NCBI GenBank assembly: GCA_033763675.1
Contig: JANRJZ010000166.1
Span: forward strand, 1 to 60,507
Source of the DNA: Gemmatimonadota bacterium
GTDB taxonomy: Bacteria > Gemmatimonadota > Gemmatimonadetes > Gemmatimonadales > GWC2-71-9
Direction of reading: 5' to 3'
Length of the DNA: 60,507 bases
The position numbers and the translations under genes were made by a program. Below, one piece after another: positions 56,483-60,507 of this stretch. The first letter of the stretch is position 1, and each line of letters starts with the position of its first letter. Under the pieces are notes generated by a model. The model was given only the letters and a program-made list of their open reading frames with translations, was not told the DNA's origin and searched no databases.

Positions 56483-57736
56483 ATGCCTTTCCTCGCGCTC
56501 GCCGCCCTCACGGGAGTCGCGTTTTCCCTCGGAATCCGCACCCCTGCCGTCCCCGACACCCTCACCCGCCGCCCCCCGTCCCCCCCCTGCACCCGGGAGA
56601 GCGGACTCGTCCTCCCCGAGGGGTTCTGCGCCGTGGTCGTAGCCGAACGCCTCGGCCGCGTGCGGCAGCTCGCCGTCCTCCCCAATGGTGACGTCGTCGC
56701 CGCCCTCGGCGGTGCCCAGGGCGGCGTGGTCCTCCTGCGGGACGCCGACGGGGACGGCGCGGCCGAGACCCGGAAGCAGTTCGGCGAGGAGGGAGGCACC
56801 GGCATCGGCTACCGGGACGGATTCCTCTATTTCGCCGCGGCGACCCGGGTGCTCCGCTGGCGCTGGACCCCCGGCGACCTGCTCCCCCAGGGGAGCCCCG
56901 AGACCGTGGTGGACCGTCTCCCCGCGGGCGGCCACGGCGCCAAGACCTTCGCCTTCCTCGGCGGCGATACCCTGATCGTCAACATCGGCTCCGCCACCAA
57001 CAGCTGCCAGCGGGAGGACCGCGCCACCCGCTCCCCCGGCGAGGATCCCTGCACCGAGCTCGAGACCCGCGCCGGCCTGTGGCGCTTCAGCGCCTCCCGC
57101 CCGGGGCAGCGCCCGGCCGACGGGGTGCGGTACGCCACCGGGCTCCGCAACGCGATGGCCCTCGGGGTACACCCGGCCACCGGGGCCCTCTACGCCGCTC
57201 CCCACGGCCGGGACCAGCTCGGTGCCAACTGGGGCTTCACCGACCAGCAGAACGCGGAACTGCCGGCGGAGGAGTTCGTGCGGGTGAATGCCGGCGACGA
57301 CTTCGGGTGGCCCTACTGCTACTACGATCCCCAGCAGCGGAAGAAGGTCCTCGCCCCCGAGTACGGGGGGGATGGCCGGAAGATCGGCCGCTGCGAGAGC
57401 ACCCGGGACCCGCTGGTCGCCTTCCCGGGCCACTGGGCGCCGATGGCCATCGCCTTCTACGACGGCACCCAGTTTCCCGAGCGGTACCGGGGCGGGGCCT
57501 TCGTGGCCTTCCACGGCTCCTGGAACCGGGCGCCCCTCCCGCAGCAGGGGTTCCGCATCGCCTTCGTCCCCTTCGACGCCCGGGGCACCCCCACCGGGAG
57601 CTACGAGACCTTCGCCTCGTCGAGCCGGGGGGCCACGGCCCTCCGGACCGCCGGGGTGGCGGTGGGACCGGAGGGATCGCTGTACATTGGGGACGAGAAC
57701 AGCGGCACCATCTGGCGGGTCATGACTACGCGGTAA
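56483..57736 (+). CDS. PQQ-dependent sugar / sorbosone dehydrogenase family (beta-propeller), secreted
   Basis: LVLPEGFCA, GSATNSC, YATGLRN, HGRDQL, DFGWPYCY, GHWAPM, AFHGSWNR. Confidence 0.85.
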   Translation: MPFLALAALTGVAFSLGIRTPAVPDTLTRRPPSPPCTRESGLVLPEGFCAVVVAERLGRVRQLAVLPNGDVVAALGGAQGGVVLLRDADGDGAAETRKQFGEEGGTGIGYRDGFLYFAAATRVLRWRWTPGDLLPQGSPETVVDRLPAGGHGAKTFAFLGGDTLIVNIGSATNSCQREDRATRSPGEDPCTELETRAGLWRFSASRPGQRPADGVRYATGLRNAMALGVHPATGALYAAPHGRDQLGANWGFTDQQNAELPAEEFVRVNAGDDFGWPYCYYDPQQRKKVLAPEYGGDGRKIGRCESTRDPLVAFPGHWAPMAIAFYDGTQFPERYRGGAFVAFHGSWNRAPLPQQGFRIAFVPFDARGTPTGSYETFASSSRGATALRTAGVAVGPEGSLYIGDENSGTIWRVMTTR

Positions 57737-57752
57737 CCTGGAAGGCCCTGCA

Positions 57753-58310
57753 ATGGCACCACGATGGCTCAGGGCGGCGGCACTGGCCGCGCCCCTCATG
57801 GCGGCCCCGCTCGCGGCCCAGGAGCGGCCCACGCCGCTGGCGGTCGGCGCGGTGGCCCCCGACTTCGCGCTCACCGGCGCCACGCGGGAGGGCGTCCTCG
57901 AACGACCGGTGCGGCTCTCGGATTTCCGTGACCAGACCCTGGTGATCGCCTTCTTCTACCGGGCCCGGACCAAGGGCTGAACCGTCCAAATGGATGCGTA
58001 CCGTGATCAGTACGCGACGCTCATTCCCGAAGGCCGGAAGGTCACCCTGCTGGCCGTCAGCGTGGACTCCGCGGCGGCCCTGGCCGGCTGGGCCCGGGAC
58101 GCGGACTACCCGTTCGGGTTTCTCAGCGACCCCGACGGCGCGATGGGCCGGGCCTACGGCGCCTGGGATCCGAACTACAAGGTGGACAACCGCACCCTCT
58201 ACGTGATCGGGCCCGACGGACGGATCGCCCATGTCATGGCGCCGTTCCGCGAGGTGGACCCGCAGGCCTACCGGGAGCTGGCGGCGGCGATCGCGAAGGC
58301 CAGTCGGTAG
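57753..58310 (+). CDS. Secreted peroxiredoxin-like (AhpC/TSA, BCP-type) selenoprotein, Sec at TGA 57978-57980
   Basis: ORFs 57753-57980 and 57990-58310 are in frame. The joined sequence reads APDF...FFYRARTKG-U-TVQ...LSDPDG...RTLYVIGPDG, with TGA at the peroxidatic TxxC position. There is no other Cys. Confidence 0.85.
57981..58019 (+). promoter_or_regulatory. Putative bacterial SECIS hairpin
   Basis: GCGTAC (57996-58001), loop CGTGATCA, GTACGC (58010-15), plus a lower CGTC/GACG pair. The loop starts 22 nt after the UGA with G at its second position. Confidence 0.65.
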
Positions 58311-58403
58311 GGCGATTGGGCGATTAGGCGATTGGGCGATTGGGCGATTAGGCGATTGGGCGATTAGCCTGCCGCCCTACCGCCCTACCGCCCTACCGCC
58401 TAC
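58310..58403. repeat. 8-nt tandem repeats RGGCGATT x7 then TACCGCCC x3 between convergent genes
   Basis: Read directly; the array starts at the Prx CGG-TAG and ends at the dps TAG. Confidence 0.95.
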
Positions 58404-58879
58404 TGCAGGTGCGACTCCACGAACCACAGTCCCTTGTCCGCCCCGCGGGAGATCTCGGTAAAGAGATCCGCGGTGTCCTTGTCGCCCGCCTTGTCGGCGG
58501 TGTCGATTGCGGCCCGCACCGCCTTGCCGAATCCGGCCAGCGCCTCCGCCACCGCCTTCACCACGCCGGGGGTGCTTTGCGGCCGGGTGGGGTAGGGAGA
58601 GAGGCTGGTCGCCGCGCTCACCGCCCCGAGCGTCCCCATCGCGGTTCCGCCCAGCTGCACGCAGCGCTCGGCCAGGTCGTCAACGTACCCCTTGGTCTCC
58701 TCATGCAGCTTGTCGAACAGCTCGTGCAGCATGAGGAACGTCGTGCCCTTGATGTTCCAGTGCGCCTGCTTGAGTTGCAGGGCCAGGTCGATCGCGTCGG
58801 CCAGCCGGGCGTTGAGCAGGTCCACCATTGCCGCGCGCGTCTTCGCCGGCAAGTCGTTGCGTGTCGGATTCAGTGCCAT
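58400..58879 (-). CDS. dps: DNA starvation/stationary phase protection protein Dps
   Basis: KQAHWNIKG, LHELFD, DDLAER...LGG, DTADLFTEISR..DKGLWFVESH. Confidence 0.95.
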   Translation of the reverse strand: MALNPTRNDLPAKTRAAMVDLLNARLADAIDLALQLKQAHWNIKGTTFLMLHELFDKLHEETKGYVDDLAERCVQLGGTAMGTLGAVSAATSLSPYPTRPQSTPGVVKAVAEALAGFGKAVRAAIDTADKAGDKDTADLFTEISRGADKGLWFVESHLQ

Positions 58880-58934
58880 GGGAGCTCTCTCTGGTTCTAG
58901 TTAGCGCGGGCTCGCGTGCCCGCGTATGCCTCGC

Positions 58935-58990
58935 CCTGCCGTCCTGCCGTCCTGCCGTCCTGCCGTCCTGCCGCCCTACCGCCCTATCGC
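58935..58990. repeat. Morphing 8-nt tandem repeat CCTGCCGT x4 > CCTGCCGC > CCTACCGC > CCTATCGC
   Basis: Read directly; the last unit contains the thrC TAG. Confidence 0.9.
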
Positions 58991-60252
58991 CCCATCACCC
59001 GCTCCACCGCCCGCAGGTCCGCCTCGATCTCCACCGGCCGGTTGGCTCGGGCAGGCGCCGGTTCCATCTCCTGGTGATAGGTGATCAGCGCCCCCGGATC
59101 CTTGAGCACATGCCCGGTGAGCACCGCCACTACCTGCGCGTCCAGTGGGATGATACGCTCCTCCCGGAGCCTGCGGGCGCCCGCCACGCTGGCGGCGCTT
59201 GCCGGCTCGCAGCCGACGCCCGCCGCGTCGATCACCGCCTTGGCCTCGAGGATCTCGGCGTCGGTCACCTGGGTCACGACGCCATCGGTCTCCCGGATGG
59301 TGCGCACCCCGCGGTCCCAGCTTGCCGGGTCCCCGATCTTGATCGCCGTCGCGATGGTCTCCGCCTTGACCGTGCGCCGCGCCGCGAACCCCTCGCGGAA
59401 GCCCCGCGCGAACGGCGCCGCCCCGGCCGCCTGCACCGCGGCGATGCGCGGCAGCCGGTCAATGAGCCCCAGCGCCCGCGCTTCCAGCAGCGCCTTCCCG
59501 AACGCCGCGGTATTCCCGAGGTTGCCGGCGGGCAGCACGATCCAGTCGGGGACCTGCCAGGCGAGCTGGTGCAGCAGCTCGAGGACGATGGTCTTCTGCC
59601 CCTCGAGCCGGAACGGGTTGATGGAATTGAGCAGGTAGACGCCGAGCTGGTCCGCCGCCTCCTGCACCAGCCGGAGGCAGGCGTCGAAGTCACCCCGCAC
59701 CAGCAGGGTCCGCGCGCCGTACGCCAGGGACTGGGACAGCTTTCCCAGCGCCACCTGGCCCGCGGGAACGAAGACCAGCGCCGGAATCCCGGCCTGGGCG
59801 CCGTACGCGGCCAGCGCGGCGGAGGTATTCCCCGTCGAGGCGCAGGCGATGGCCCGGGCGCCGATCCGCCGCGCCTGGGTGACCCCCACGGTCATGCCCC
59901 GGTCCTTGAAGGAGCCGGTGGGATTGTGTCCCTCGTGCTTGAGCCGGAGGTCCGGCAGGCCCGCCCACTCGGCGATCGGCAGCCGGCGGAGCAGGGGGGT
60001 GTTTCCCTCGGGATGCGTGACGATGTGTCCACCGGCGCTGGGTAGTACCAGCTCCCGGTAGCGCCAGACGCCGGAGCGGTTCGCCTCCTCCCGGTCGGCG
60101 AGGCGCCCCTCGAACAGCCGACGCAGGCTGGCGCCATCCTCGGCGGGCGGGTCGTGGCGCAGCTCGAGCAGCCCGCCGCAGGGGCAGCGCACCGCCGGGT
60201 CCAGCTCGGAGAACCGGTCGTCGCAGGCGGCGCAGACTTGCAGGGTGGCCAT
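58984..60252 (-). CDS. thrC: Threonine synthase
   Basis: Zn-ribbon CxxC/CxCGG, EGNTPL, EGHNPTGSFKDRG, CASTGNT, NSINPFRLEGQKT, LTGHVLKD. Confidence 0.93.
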   Translation of the reverse strand: MATLQVCAACDDRFSELDPAVRCPCGGLLELRHDPPAEDGASLRRLFEGRLADREEANRSGVWRYRELVLPSAGGHIVTHPEGNTPLLRRLPIAEWAGLPDLRLKHEGHNPTGSFKDRGMTVGVTQARRIGARAIACASTGNTSAALAAYGAQAGIPALVFVPAGQVALGKLSQSLAYGARTLLVRGDFDACLRLVQEAADQLGVYLLNSINPFRLEGQKTIVLELLHQLAWQVPDWIVLPAGNLGNTAAFGKALLEARALGLIDRLPRIAAVQAAGAAPFARGFREGFAARRTVKAETIATAIKIGDPASWDRGVRTIRETDGVVTQVTDAEILEAKAVIDAAGVGCEPASAASVAGARRLREERIIPLDAQVVAVLTGHVLKDPGALITYHQEMEPAPARANRPVEIEADLRAVERVMGR

Positions 60253-60507
60253 CAGCCGCCCTCGAGCAGGTGGCAGCCCCGGGCCGCCACGCCGGTCACC
60301 CGCGTCGCGCAGCGAAGCCCCGCGGCGCCGTAGGCCCGTTCCATCGCGGCGGCGATCGCGGCGCCCGCCGCGTCATCCGCCGCAAAGGCAAAGGCGCTGG
60401 GCCCGCTGCCGGAGATGGAGCAGCCCAGGGCGCCCGCGGCCAGCGCCGCCGCCTTGGCCGCCGCGAATCCCGGCAGGAGCGGCGCCCGCGCCGGCTCGGC
60501 GATCCGG
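60252..60507 (-). CDS. thrB: Homoserine kinase, C-terminal part (truncated by window end)
   Basis: Translation IAEPARAPLLPGF...GALGCSISGSGPSAFA...; TGA is coupled to the thrC ATG. Confidence 0.85.
   Translation of the reverse strand, partial: RIAEPARAPLLPGFAAAKAAALAAGALGCSISGSGPSAFAFAADDAAGAAIAAAMERAYGAAGLRCATRVTGVAARGCHLLEGG

Noticed and set aside
57753-58310. Two independent small ORFs (75 aa and 106 aa)
   Set aside because: They are in frame and form one thioredoxin-fold protein, with the stop at the catalytic position.
1-60507. tRNA, rRNA, IS transposase, integrase or prophage genes
   Set aside because: None was recognisable by eye; tRNAscan or Infernal would be needed to exclude small RNAs formally.

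Overview
This is a very GC-rich bacterial window. A Gemmatimonadota-like origin is my inference from gene content, not something the sequence proves. It holds about 46 CDS: a ROK-regulated beta-1,3-glucan utilisation locus (2x GH3, GH16, GPH-MFS, a modular surface lipoprotein); a TetR/hydrolase/MacAB-like exporter region; GGDEF and two-component genes; crtI; malic enzyme; GS III; aguAB; a PGM1-like ligase; an esterase/ATP-grasp/CP-ATP-grasp/YbdK/PuuD operon embedded in a GH57-based glycogen cluster; ettA; a SWIB protein; dps; thrC and partial thrB. Five things are not explained by the ORF track. (1) A four-helix-bundle (IVS/Avd-like) gene is bracketed by inverted arrays of a 9-nt tandem repeat. 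A gene-less 'empty' palindrome of the same repeat lies 1.3 kb away, and a wider family of 7/8/9-nt tandem-repeat hairpins often starts exactly at Arg-amber stop codons. This is the best candidate for an undescribed mobile/RNA system. (2) A secreted peroxiredoxin-like selenoprotein is split by an in-frame UGA followed by a SECIS-like hairpin. (3) A degraded fragment of ppsR (photosynthesis regulator) lies beside crtI. (4) A LacI/TOBE chimeric pseudogene is present. (5) Leaderless-type promoters recur across the window. I recognised no rRNA, tRNA, CRISPR array or transposase. All family assignments come from motif recognition by eye, not database searches.
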